A stretch of DNA of 64,000 nt, from contig OZ024747.1 in the NCBI GenBank assembly GCA_964016885.1, positions 25,668,001-25,732,000 on the forward strand, written 5' to 3'. The translations under genes were made by a program, and so were the position numbers. This DNA is from Eledone cirrhosa. Taxonomy: Eukaryota. Positions 18,101 through 30,810 of this stretch are shown piece after piece (position 1 is the first letter of the stretch; each line of letters opens with the position of its first letter). Below the pieces are notes generated by a model. The model searched no databases. It was not told where the DNA came from and saw nothing but the letters and a program-made list of their open reading frames with translations.

Positions 18101-19775
18101 AGATGAGATTTATATTTAGATGGTGGTGCATAGCCGAATCTGTAGACCATCAGACAAAAACACTGTATGGTATTTGTTTTATTTTATTTTATACTGCAGT
18201 CAGTGAATGACAGTATTGATGGTTAAAACTGGCCAATCACTGGTTCACTGCACTCCAGATAACAAGATTGGTATGGGAATATCTATCTTATTCAATGGGA
18301 AACAAATATCAACAAGGGACGTTTTTTGAAAAGCATGAGTGTTTCAATTTTAATGTCAATGTTTGCAATAATAAATTCACACACACACATACAGACACAT
18401 ATCATTATCATCATCACCGTTTAATGTCCATTTTTCTATGCTAGCATAGTTTAGATGAGTTGTCATGTTGTGAGACAAGCCACATCAGATGACTGTGTCT
18501 TGCTCATACAGACTTGTTTCTGGCTTGGTTTCTACAACTGGATGCCCTTTCTAACACTAACCACATTTACAATGTGGACTGGATGCTTTTTGTTGCTACA
18601 CCTACATGTATACTTTACAGTGTGGACTGGGGGGTCTGGGGAGGTACATGGGGATTGGAGAGATGGATCTATGGTGGGGTTAAAGATGTGGATTAGGGGT
18701 GGGGTATTATATCACTAAATCCCTCCAAATTCTTGATTATTTTCAAAAATATTTGGCAACCATAGGCAGTGTATTTCATTAGAAATATGTTAACGAAAGG
18801 ATTAATATACAGTTTATGTTCTAATCATCAGCTTAATTATGGTAAAGTTAGTTACATTACTAAATCCCTCCAATTTTTAATTATTTTGAAAATTATTTGA
18901 AAATCATAGGCAGTGTATTTCATTAGAAATATGGTAACGAAAGGGTTACTGCTGGAGTTCATTCTTATAGGTAACCACTTAATTTTGAAGTGTCAGTGTC
19001 AACTATTTTCAGCAAATAAAGTTAAGACAACCAGAGTAATGTGCCTTGCACAGGAGAGAGCATGAAAAAGTAGTCCCAGTTCCGTAGCATAGTGTAAATA
19101 TGAAGTAAATGTTATTCACATGAAAAAGCAACCAGCCTTTCATTTACAAGTGTCATTGTTTTATTTCAACCGCTTGGAACTGCTGAACAAAGATAACACA
19201 CTAGTTAATTCTTTGCTATGTTATCCTCACTGTATTCTCACCACATTAGTTGATTGTAAGATTGCATTGAGTGAACATCTCTAACCTTTCAATAGCAGAG
19301 AGAGTGGAAATTGTGGAAGCATATGTGAGAATGGGTTGTTAAGCAAAGGTGTGAAATTTTTAAAGTCAAGTTTCTAAGTAAAGGCTTACTGGCAAGCAAA
19401 GAGAATGATACAAATGCTGGTTAAGATGTGGCGCATTATAAGGTCAGTGCACAACACCCCAAAACAAAGAGACCTTACAATTCGAACACCGGAGGTCATT
19501 CAAGACATTCACCAAAGGATTACTCGAAGTCCAAAGAAGTCACCACTATACAACAGAACCCAGGCTAGTTTTTCATTCACCACCCCATATAACATAAATG
19601 ACTATAGCAAGATTTTGTGTCTTTCATTAGGACCATGGTAACAAAAGAGTCAAGTACCAGAGTGTTTTTTATAATTGTCTAGAAGGTTGTGTTCCAGCAT
19701 TGTAGGATATTGACAAAATTGTTTTAGCATATAAGGACAAAATAACTTGTCATATTATTCTGGGTGTTTTATATT

Positions 19776-20160
19776 CATCATCACTGTTTTACGTCCGTTC
19801 TTCCATGCTAGCATGGGTTAGACGGGTTGTCCTGTTGTGGGCAGTGTCCGGTCGGCTGACCTTGTCTTGCTCATACGGGAACTGATTCTGGCTTGATTTC
19901 TACAGCTGGATGCCCTTCCTAACACCAACCTCATTTACAGTGAGTGCTGGGTGCTTTTTTGCCGTGGCACCTCCACGTCCACTTTGCAGTGGAATGTTAG
20001 GGACCCCAGTCCCTATCATCTCATTTCTACAGCTGAGTAAACTGGAGCAATGTGAAATAAAGTGTCTTGCTCAAGGAAACAACACATCACCCGGTCTGAG
20101 TATTGAACTCACAACCTTTCGATTGCAAGCCCAATGCTCTAATCACTAAGTCATGCGCCT
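19776..20160 (-). mobile_element. tRNA-derived SINE with RTE 3' tail
   Basis: tRNA-like head at 20100-20160, core motif, and the ...acccatgctagcatggaagaacggacgtaaaac(agt)gatgatg terminus shared with the RTE at 47108-47563. Confidence 0.85.
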
Positions 20161-20162
20161 TT

Positions 20163-20535
20163 TTGAGTTCAAATTCCGCCGAGGTTAACTTTGCCTTTCA
20201 TCCTTATGGGGTTAATAAAATAAAGTACCAGTCATGCACTGGGGTCAACTTTCCCTCCCCTCAAATTACTGGCCTTGTGCCTATATAAGAAACCATTATT
20301 ATTAAGGGCAGTGGATTGGCAGTATTGGAAGAGTGTTGGACACCAAGCTTCACATCATAGTTATGTCCCTTTACATTCTGCGTTCAAATCCTGCCGAGGT
20401 TAACTTTGCCTTTCATCCTTACAGAGTTGATAAAATAAAGTACCAGTAATGCACTGTGGTTGATTTAATTGACTTTCCCTTCCCCTTCAAATTGCTGGCC
20501 TTGTGCATAAAGTAGAAATCATTATTATTATCATT
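20163..20535 (+). mobile_element. Two tandem copies of a second SINE family
   Basis: gagttcaaatcc...ttaactttgcctttcatcct...ataaaataaagtaccag...gctggccttgtgc followed by (att)n. Confidence 0.85.
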
Positions 20536-20909
20536 TTAATACATACTTACACACACAAATATGAATCCCCTACATATATATGTCACCATCACAATCATCA
20601 TCATAGTCATTGTCATTTTATATTTGCTTTCCATGCTGGTAATGATTGGACGTGTTGTCACAGGTCAAGGGATCCACATGAGCATACATACACACACAGA
20701 CATGTATACGGTTAGAATTAAGGAACATGAGAATGAGTTCTCAACACCATAGAAGATATTTATTGTTTATTTAAGGTTTATCCAGTGACTTGCTTCTCTC
20801 GAGTTTCCCCTGTATGTTACAAGCTCCTTTTAGCAACTCTAAATTTATGTGTCAGATTCTTAAATATAAGCTCGTTTCTTGGTATTCTCAGCTCTTTTTA
20901 TATTTGTAG

Positions 20910-21216
20910 CAAAAGATTTGTTTGCTTTATCAAGATTGCATCCGATAATGATGTCATTTACATATTTAAATACAACAGCTGAGGTCTGCTCTGTAAAAGA
21001 GAAATGTATCCAACGAATTCTTCAGATATTTGAAAAATTATTGTTGCAAGATTTGACATTAAATGATATCTGTTCAACATTTGAAATGTCACATGCCTCA
21101 TAACATATAATAGAAGAAGAAGAAAATGAAAGAAAAAAGGACAATGTTCTGATATCAAGTTCCTATGAGCAGTCACAACTCGAAGATCATCCTATTTCAT
21201 ATTACATATGTTCAAT
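20910..21216 (+). pseudogene. Exon-like segment with one in-frame TAA (21101-21103)
   Basis: Acceptor ctttttatatttgtag|, ~100 codons with a single stop, possible donor at|gtacgt; protein not recognised. Confidence 0.25.
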
Positions 21217-23240
21217 GTACGTACACTTTGTCGGCAGCTGGCCTCAATCTTTGTTTGTTCCAGCCTTATCCAAACTAGTGTATATTTAGGGATATAAACA
21301 AACATTAAACATAAACACACACACACACATATATATATATATGTGTGTGTGTGTGTATATGTATAAATATGTGTATATATATATGTGTGTGTGTGTATAT
21401 ATATATATATACATATAAAGTAGATTCCGAGCTGAGTCAGGGGTAACCACAGTAAATAAGGTACACAATACATCTCTAGAGTGAAGACAGAAGTTTATAT
21501 AGAAAAGGCTTCTACAGGACTAGAACTGTTTCATTCATATGACATCATGTGTGTGTGTGTATATATATATATGGAAAGCCATACACATATAGTGCTAAAT
21601 GTCATGCACTCTCTTCAAGGCCACCTCCAAGATCCGATATTTGCTCTTCTATTGTAGAAGGACTCAATCCCTCCCTTGGCATGCAACATGTAGTTTGCTC
21701 CAATTCTCACTCTTATCTTGCACCTTCACTTCCATCACTTTCTTCATTAGCCTGGCTGAGGATACAACAAGCAGCCTAGTGTTGTAATGGGGTAGTGCTA
21801 TTGGCATGATAAAATGCACCTAACTCACTCTGTAAAGTAGTAGGGCTGGTGCCACAATAAAATGCCCACAGTACAAACTATAAAGTGGTTGGCATTAGGA
21901 ATGACATCCAGCTACAGACATCAAGCCAGAAATAGAATGTATGAGCATGACGTCACAAGTTTAACAAGTAGAAAGATCTACTTTATTATTATATATTACG
22001 GGGTCGATAAAATAAAGTACCAGTAATGCACTGGGATAATTGCTGGCCTTGTGCCAAAAGTAGAAACAATTATTATATACCAAGAAATAAGGCTTGATAT
22101 GTTAGTACAATCTACAATTCAGCCAAGTTGTGATACATAGGGTAAAGTCCAATAATTGTATGAATTTAACTTCACAGAGCATGAATAGTAAATAACTGTT
22201 TCTACTTTAGGCACAAGGCCAGCAATTTGTTGGGGAGAGGAAAGTCGATTAAATCAACCTCAGGATGTTACTGGTACTTTATTTCATTGACCCCCGTAAG
22301 GATGAAAGGCAAATCTAACCTTGGCAGGATTTGAACCCAGAATGTAAAAGGCTGTATCTGTCTACCATGAAGCAGGGTGTCCGACGCTCTACCGATATTG
22401 CCAAGGATAATAATAAACCAAGGATACAGGTGGAATGAAATTATTTTATTGATTTTACAGATGTTTCATAACTGCAAAAAATATCAATTGATAGAGTTGT
22501 ATAAATATATCTGTTTTCCATCATAGCAAGATACCAATATATGGAATTAATATATAATAAAGATGAAATCAACTATGTATATGTAAAGTTTTATTTATAT
22601 CTTAGTAAAAACAATTTTATAGAAAAAGGAAGAAAAAAATGTTTAGATTAAGAAGAAAGAATGGCATGTAAAATAAGAAATTATTAAAAAAAAAACGGAA
22701 AAGGAAGGGAAAGTCAAGGGCTCTAGTGTCATGGAAGAATGAGGAAAGGGAAGATGGAAGGTGATTGGGCTCTGGGCCTAGGGTGCAGTGGTAATGGGGC
22801 TTCTCCCTGCGGACAAGACCGCACAAGAGCCATTTGATCTTCAGAAACTCTAAAATGTATTAAAGACTTACAAACAAATCAAATTAGAAAGAGGAATATC
22901 TCCTATGGAGGAAATATTTTAATATTACAGAAACATCTTCAGAACTGAAGAGAAATATTTTTGAAGACCCAATAGCACTTGAAAAATAATAGAAGTAAAT
23001 GTTTTCATTTTATTTCATTTGGTTAACTGGAGGCATTAGTAGAAGACATTTGAGCAAGGTATCACACAGTGGAAGTGAGTCTAAAACCATGTGGTTCTAA
23101 AGTGAACTCTTTAACCACACACCTGCACCAATGTTGTATTATTATAAACAACAATTTGATATAAGTCACTGATAAGAATAATAATGCTAATTATGAAAGG
23201 CTAATTGTAAAAGACTGCCATAACTGAATGGTGAATAGTT

Positions 23241-23468
23241 TTAACCCTTTAATGTTCAAACCGGCCAAAACCAGCCAGAATTCTCTACCTCTTTCTGTCG
23301 AAACTGGCTGTAACTGGCCACTCATACTGATGTTAAGGTATTGTTCTCAAAATAATTACTTTCAAAATCTCATGGATTCGATAGTATATGAGATAATTAT
23401 CCAAAGTAAAGCCTTTACCATGAAAATATAATAGTATATATAGAGTAATGTGAATGTTAAAGGGTTAA
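23241..23468. mobile_element. piggyBac-type MITE
   Basis: TTAACCCTTT...AAAGGGTTAA. Confidence 0.85.
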
Positions 23469-23776
23469 ACCATTCAAAGAATATAAACAAATAAATAGAT
23501 AAATAAATAGATAAACAAATAAATAGATATATAAATAAAAAATAAAATATCAATCATTTAACTCTTACCACCCTGTACCACATCAGCAACAAATTCTTGA
23601 AGCGTACATGACTGCATCAAATTCAAAATTACATATTTTTATTGTAATCTGTCCACTAGGAAAGATACTATAAACGTTTGAATTAACAAATCACACAAAA
23701 CCATATTAGCAAAACATTCTTAAAAAATTTAAAACAGCACTATGACTGCATCACATTAAAAATTGATGTCATCACT

Positions 23777-23996
23777 TCAACCCTTTAGCATTAAAACTGG
23801 CCATATCCAGCCAAAATTCTCTCACCTCTTTCTGTTGTTCAAACCAGCTGCTCATATTGATGTTAAGGTATTATTCTCAAAATAAATAATATCAAAATTT
23901 CATAGATTCGATATTATGTGAGATAATTAAGATAATTATGTGGGGTAAAACCTTTACCATGAAAATATAATAGTAATGTAAATGCTAAAGGGTTAA
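23777..23996. mobile_element. piggyBac-type MITE
   Basis: tcaaCCCTTTAGCATT...AATGCTAAAGGGTTAA. Confidence 0.85.
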
Positions 23997-25346
23997 TACT
24001 ACAAATTTTCACAACAATCTATCTACTAGTAAAGGTAATATAAACATTTGAATTAACAAACTTGTTATTGAACTTTTTTCCTTTCCTGATAAATCATACA
24101 GGATGTTAAGAGTTATTGATATAATAACAAAATCAATTATTTAGACAATAGAAATTTAGGGTGGGGGACCCATTTGGGTGCAAGCATAGCTGTGTGGTTA
24201 AGGAGTTTGCTTTGCAAACACATGGATCTGCGTTCAGTACCACAGCATGGAACCTTGGGCAAGTATCTTCTATTATAGCCTCAGCTCAACAAAAGTCTTG
24301 TGAATGGAATTTGGTAGACAGGAACTGCAACAATCCCATTATTTACATTTATGTCTGAGCCTGTGTTTATGTCCCATAGCTTAGTGGTAGGGTTAAAAGA
24401 GATGGATAAAATAAGTACTATGGTCAGTATGATCAAGGGGAAGCCCCAGTATGGCCACAGTCTGATGATTGAAACCACTAGAAGAACAAAAGAATTTACA
24501 ATGATTAGAGGTGAAAATTTTCTTTCTAAGTTCAAAGGAAGGTCACAAATTTCTTTGAAGAAAAAACTATAATGGAGACAAGTTTAATTTGTAAGTAATT
24601 ACTGATCAAACTACACTTAATTAGCAATTAGCTATAGGAAGCACTTAATTTAATTGGCAGGGATGTAATCTTCATTATTAAGAGTTCATTTTATTTATTC
24701 ATTCATTTGTTTGCTTATTCATTTATTTATTTTATTTATTTCTATAGACAGAGGAATGGATGTGGGGTTAAGGAATTCACTTTACAGCATTGTGGCTTCA
24801 GGTTCAGTCCTACTGTGTGGTACTTTCGACAAGTGTCTTTTACTACAGCCAGGTATTGACCAATGTCTTGTGAATAAAATTTGTTTGACAAAAACTGCAG
24901 AAGCCCCTCATATGTGTGTGGCTGTGTTTATGTGCTGTAACTTAGCTGTTTGTAACAAATAAATACTGGTTTCAGTTTTTAGATTTAAACACAACCTTTT
25001 ATAAAGGCAGTGAATCATCAAAGTTGTTAGGGCATTGGATTAAAAATATCTAAGTGTTTGTTTTGACTCACTGCACTTTGAGTTCAAACTCAACTGAGGT
25101 CAACATTGACATTCATCCTCTTGAGGTTGGTAAATAAAGAACCAGTCTGATTCTGATGCTGCTTCTTTCATTCTCTCTCCCTTTCTCTTAAAGAAATTGT
25201 CTGTGGTCCAACCTGGTGTGGAATGGACATCACCAGGTTTAAAATGTTCAAGACACATCAAGATGGTGTCCCTATTACTCCAGCAGGAATTAAGGACCCT
25301 TTCAGAATTATTTAAGACTTCGTTATCTCAGGTGTCATTTCCTTAT

Positions 25347-25564
25347 TTAACCCTTTAGCATTTAAACCGGCTGTATCCGGCCAGAATTGTCTCACCTCTT
25401 TCTGTTCAACCTGGCCACAACTGGCTACTCATACTGATGTTAAGTTATTGTTCTCAAAATGAATAATATCAAAATCTCATAGATTCAATATTATGTGAGA
25501 TAAAGCCTTTACTGAAAAATTACAATAGTATATATATAGAGTAATGTAAATGCTAAAGGGTTAA
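25347..25564. mobile_element. piggyBac-type MITE
   Basis: TTAACCCTTTAGCATTTA...TAAATGCTAAAGGGTTAA, with perfect TIRs. Confidence 0.9.
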
Positions 25565-26051
25565 GATGATAAGGATGAATTTAAAGGAGATTGGTTGTTG
25601 TTTTTAGCAAGTTGAGAAACCACGTAGAGGCTCCTTTGTCGGTTCACTATTCCATGTGTATTTCATAATCCTGGCAAAATTGCCAGTGTATGTAATTTCC
25701 AGCTCCAAATGCCTATATATATTCCCTTTTGGCTAAGACAGGACAACCAGAACCAATATAATTGATTGTTTCTTCACAACCTCTAAATATTTGGTGATTA
25801 TTTATTTATCTGTTTTGTGTAATGCTTCATTATATATATGTTTTGTGGGGTTTAGTCATGTCTGCAATAAATATCCTTTAGTCTTAGCATCTCCCAACCA
25901 GAGCTAAGTATTTTCTTTCTACACTTTCACTTTAATCCTTTCATTATCATATTTCTAATGAAAGACAGACGTAATCAATTCATTTCATGCTTTCTTTTTC
26001 TTGAGTTTTTAACTGCAATTTTGTTGAGCTGTTACTATTTTTATTGTTGTT

Positions 26052-26246
26052 TGGATTGGCAGTATCGGTAGAGGGTCGGACGCCATGCTTTGCAGCACAG
26101 ATTTATGCCCCTTTATGGTCTGAGTTCAAATCCCGCCGAGGTTAACTTTGCCTTTCATCCTTACGAGGTCGATAAAATAAAGTACCAGTAATTCACTGGC
26201 ATAATTGCTGGCCTTGTGCCAAAAGTAGAAACAATTATTATTATTG
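26052..26246 (+). mobile_element. Second-family SINE, near full length
   Basis: ggcagtatcggtagagggtcggacgccatg head, ttgcctttcatcct central domain, (att)n tail; similar copies at 31441 and 36279(-). Confidence 0.85.
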
Positions 26247-26301
26247 TTTTTTGTTTGTTTGTTTGTTGACATGTATTGCACCCCACTCTTGTAAGTTTGT
26301 T

Positions 26302-26470
26302 ATTATTTCTTGGCCTTTTGGCTAAGATCAAAGTGTAGTATCTGATACGGTCCCTATATGGGACCATCGATATTAAACTGAGTTTTAGAACTAGGCGAAG
26401 AGTTAGGGGCTTGCTCTGCCTTTGCCACGGGTTGGCCTGGTATTGCAGTATTTCCGGGATTCAGCCCATC
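26302..26470 (+). pseudogene. U2: U2 snRNA pseudogene with internal deletion
   Basis: ttct-tggccttttggctaagatcaaagtgtagtatctg (branch-point recognition region), gcttgctc stem III and cctggtattgcagta stem-loop IV; the stem IIa segment is missing and the Sm site is mutated (agttttag). Confidence 0.9.
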
Positions 26471-27712
26471 TTAGAAAAAGTTATTATTTCTAATGTTACA
26501 CAAAGTAATATATTGAATATAGATAAACTAATCCGGATCTTAGGGAGCTGGTTAGTTTTTCTCCACCCTAGCTTTTAGTGGCTAAACTAGAGTTTGTTTA
26601 GCAAGTACAGCCCTCAGTTCTGTTAAATAGAGAGGCTAGTTGATTTTTGTCAACCCCTAGAGTCTCCCCAAGAACATTGTTGTTTTTACCCACCACTAAA
26701 CCATGCTTTGTGGCATTCTGTTACTTCCCTTTACGTTCCAAGTTCAAATCCCATCTAGGTTAGCTTTGCCTTTCATCCTTACAGAGCCGATAAAATAAGT
26801 ACCAGTAATACACTGGGGTAGATTTATTCAACTTCTCCTCCAAAAATTGTTGCTCTTGTGCCTAAATCAGAAACTATTAGCTGTAGTTATTTGTCATGAT
26901 GAGCTGCATTTCACGAAGCTTTTATTTAATTGCTGAAAACAAATTCTTTTTGTTTGTATTTCTTTCTTTTTATTCAGAAGTACTGACAAAGGAGAGTTTA
27001 TGATTATTTAACCTCCAGTCCATTTTGTGGGGCTGAAAAAAGTTAGTTTTTTTAACTTTTGTTTGACTGTTTATGTCTCTACTAGACTGCCATTTTAAAC
27101 TTTGTTCTATTTCAAAATGGCTGCATCAATAGGAATAGGAAGAGGCATGCGTCACTATAGTGGTAGCAACAATGAAAAACAATTATTCTTTATCCTGCAG
27201 CAGACTTAATGTTGTATCTTTGGGCCCAACCTTTGATTATACTTTGGATAAATCTGTGTACCAACTGATTTTATATATAGCAATATTTAACCCTTTTACG
27301 ACTGTATTTCTAATGAAATACACTCTATTTCAGTTAATTAATGAAAACCTTTAATAGATATTTTCTAAAACTATCAATTATTTCCTTACTAAGATAACAG
27401 TTCTTATATAAAATTATGTTAGAATATTTTAATTTCAATATGAATTGGTTGGTTGTGTTTCATAGAAACAGAGCTGGGTTTAGCTGGGTTGATATCAAAA
27501 GGGTTGCAAAAACTAATATTTATTATATAGATGTAAAAATCTTATTTATTTATATACATTTTTTAATTTAATTGTTGTACAAAAAGTTTGGCACTTCTCA
27601 TTCACAATATTTTCTTATTTTGGTATTAAAAAAACCCACAAAATAAATAACATTAATTGTATTAATCTAGCAAATTGAAGCCTTCAAGCTATATTTTTTT
27701 CTTCACAAAAGC

Positions 27713-27725
27713 GTTGCCAAGCAAC
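27713..27725. promoter_or_regulatory. RFX X-box-like motif
   Basis: GTTGCCAAGCAAC in non-repetitive sequence. Confidence 0.3.
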
Positions 27726-27774
27726 AGAAAGCCTGAGGGAAATTAATACAATGCTCTGTCACACAACAGACTAA

Positions 27775-28460
27775 TAATAATTTTTTTTTAACATTGGCAC
27801 AAGGCCAACAATTTGGGGGAAGGGGAAAGTCGATTATATCAAATCCAGTATGTGATTGGTTATTAACCCTGGAAGAATGAAAGGCAAAGTTGACCTAGGC
27901 CAAATTTGAATGAAATGCCACAAAACATTTTGTCTGACACTCTAAAGATTCTGTCAATCCATATAAGAATGATAATAATTGTTTCTACTTTTGGCACAAG
28001 GCCAGCAATTACCCAGTACATTACTGGTACTTTATTTTATCGACCCCATAAGGATGATAATAATGGTTTCTTATATAGACACAACGCCAGCAATTTTGTG
28101 GGAGTAGAAAGTCGATTAAATCGTCCCCAGTGCGTGACTGGTACTTTATTTTATCGATCCCGTAAGGATGAAAGGCAAAGCTAACCTCAGTAGGATTTGA
28201 ACTCAGAACGTGAAGGGCCATAGCTCTATGCTGCAAAACATGGTGTCTGACGCTCTACCGATACTGCCTAATAATAAGAATATTTCTGTTTTTGACACAA
28301 GGCCAGCAATTACCCCAGTGCATTACTGGTGCTTTATTTTATCGACCCCATAAGGATGAAAGGCAAAGTTAACCTCGGCAGGATCTGAACTCAGAACGTA
28401 AAGGACCATAACTCTACGCTGCAAAGCATGGTGTCTGATACTCAACCGATACTGCCTAGC
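27775..28460 (-). mobile_element. Cluster of second-family SINE copies
   Basis: Repeated ggcacaaggccagcaatt...ctggtactttattttatcgacccc...ggatgaaaggcaaag...gaactcagaacg units. Confidence 0.85.
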
Positions 28461-28499
28461 AGGGAAAAAGCGGACGTAAAATGAAATGAAATGATGAAA

Positions 28500-28545
<46 letters not shown>

Positions 28546-28670
28546 GAAGAAGAAGAAGAAGAAATAGAAGAATAGGGATCATTCTCAACAAATTTTTCTG
28601 TTCTTATTTTGAGCACTAGCAATGATCCAAAAAGAAACGGAAAATTATTTGAGAATGATCCCTGACTTAC

Positions 28671-28675
28671 CATCT
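28671..28675 (-). other. Candidate 5-nt microexon AGATG, or exon ending in ATG
   Basis: Minus strand: ttttttacatttcttgcag|agatg|gtaagtcag. Confidence 0.4.
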
Positions 28676-29382
28676 CTGCAAGAAATGTAAAAAATTCTTT
28701 TAACTGGTACAGCACTGAGAGAGCACTATCACTGTGTGAATGATAATTCTCAATCTAATTATTTTTACATAACTTTATTTGATTATATTCCATAATTATC
28801 TAAGTTGCAACTAATCGAGCGCTCTTATATGATTGATTATCAGTTAGTTGAAAATATAGTTTTAAGCATATATTGTGCACATGTTTGAAGCAAATGATAT
28901 ACTTGTAACTGTGTAACATGAATTAATCTAGTGTGTTTATTTTTGTGGCTTATCAGTGTATGCAGTGAGTTTCTCTGCTCTATGTGTTGTGAAGACACTT
29001 GGCAAGAAATGGAAACAAAACTGAAGGAAGAGTGAAACATAGATACATATAATATCTATGTATGTATGGATCTGTAACTCCTGGAGTTGTAGGGGTATTG
29101 TTGGGTATTTAAACCTGACAGAACCCATCCCTTTACAGGTCTGAACACAGCTGGTTTCTTCCAGAGAGGTGAGTTAGTGGTAGAATAGAAAAGAGAAAGA
29201 AATATAGAGTAAGAATCAACCCTAGCACCAGACTGGTACATTTTCTTTTGACCACGAAAGGATGAAAGGCAAATTTAATCTTGGTGGGATTTGAACTCAG
29301 AGTGCAAAGAGATGGAATTAATAGCACAAGGCATTCTATCAAAAGTCCTAATGACTGTCATTCACCACCAATACATATATTA

Positions 29383-29750
29383 TCATCATCATCATCATCA
29401 CTGTTTTACGTCCGTTCTTCCACGCTAGCATGGGTTAGACGGGTTGTCCAGTTGTGGGCAGTGTCTGGTCGGCTGACCATGCCTTGCTCATACAGGAACT
29501 GATTTGGCTTGATTTCTACAGCTGGATGCCCTTCCTAACACCAACCTCATTTACAGTGAGTGCTGGGTGCTTTTTCGTGGCGCCTACACGTCCACTTTAC
29601 AGTGTGGGCTGGGTGCTTTTTTGCCGTGGCACCTCCACGACCACCGTGCGGTGGGGGGTGTGGGGGCATATTGTCTATATGCTTCAGCTTGTACCCATGG
29701 GAGGTCGGGTACTCTGTATTACTGCGTGACGCCAGAAGTCACGGTCGTGT
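29383..29750 (-). mobile_element. 3' end of RTE subfamily 2
   Basis: Reverse-complement match to 47190-47563, ending in (gat)n. Confidence 0.85.
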
Positions 29751-29764
29751 GTGTGTGTTTATGA

Positions 29765-29813
<49 letters not shown>

Positions 29814-29898
29814 TATATATATATACACACACACATATATATATATACATATATATATGTCTATATATATATATGTATATATATGTGTGTGTTTATGA

Positions 29899-29988
<90 letters not shown>

Positions 29989-30324
29989 GTATATGTATGT
30001 GTATATATATATATACATATATACATATATATATATACTCATATATGAATATAAATGTCTATGTGTGTTTGAGTATGATAGTATAAGCAAGTTCAAATAA
30101 TATGAAATGTTTCATTTCCACCAGTTAATAAGCCAAAGTCATTGAATAACAATACATGTTATTAATGAAAATATGCAACTAATTTATAAATCTATGGTGT
30201 CTTTGTTAACAAAATAACTAATGATGACAAACATTATTTATTGATGTACTGTAGAGGGGTGTAGCAATTCAAAGACTTTCAACCATATCTTTCAAACATA
30301 CATACATATATATATATATATGTT

Positions 30325-30810
30325 GATTGCTACTTCTTGTCAGAAGAGTGCCATCTCTTCATTGAACATTACATGATCATGTGCATTGCAGGTGACTTTT
30401 CAGACCTGCTTCTGTTTTGCAAGGTCGTTCACTTGAGCTGTCTGTTTCCTGACATTTCCAGCTGGGATGTGTCTTCATGTATTTTACCATGTCTGCTCAG
30501 CCCACCAACTGACTTGCAAATTAAGCCACAATCATTGCAAATGTACTGCAGAGAGCATGGCAAGTAGAACCATCTCACAAGTGGCTTGAGGTCTCCTTGG
30601 CTTATGTGACTTCTGATGGTTGACAAATCCAGCTCTTGATGGAAGAAATCGTCCACATATATTGCACTGCAATTCCTGCTTCAAAGCAGCATGCTCCACT
30701 CGCTTTTTCTCAAAGGCTTCACATCCACACTTGATGATCATTGTCCAGGATGTATGGCCTTCAGCCAATGCCTCTCCTGAAATTTTCTCAATACTTGTTG
30801 AACATACCTT
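30325..30810 (-). mobile_element. BovB-like RTE 3' end with C2H2 zinc fingers
   Basis: CNICGRFLPSRAGFVNHQKSH and CNDCGLICKSVGGLSRHGKIH after GCEAFEKKR. Confidence 0.75.

Noticed and set aside
21478-21537. Minus-strand gaatGAAAcagTTctag fragment resembling the 3' half of a hammerhead
   Set aside because: The CUGANGA box is absent; at most a truncated repeat.
25725-25738. 14-nt match to the U2 5' end (ccttttggctaaga)
   Set aside because: Similarity does not extend on either side; compatible with chance.
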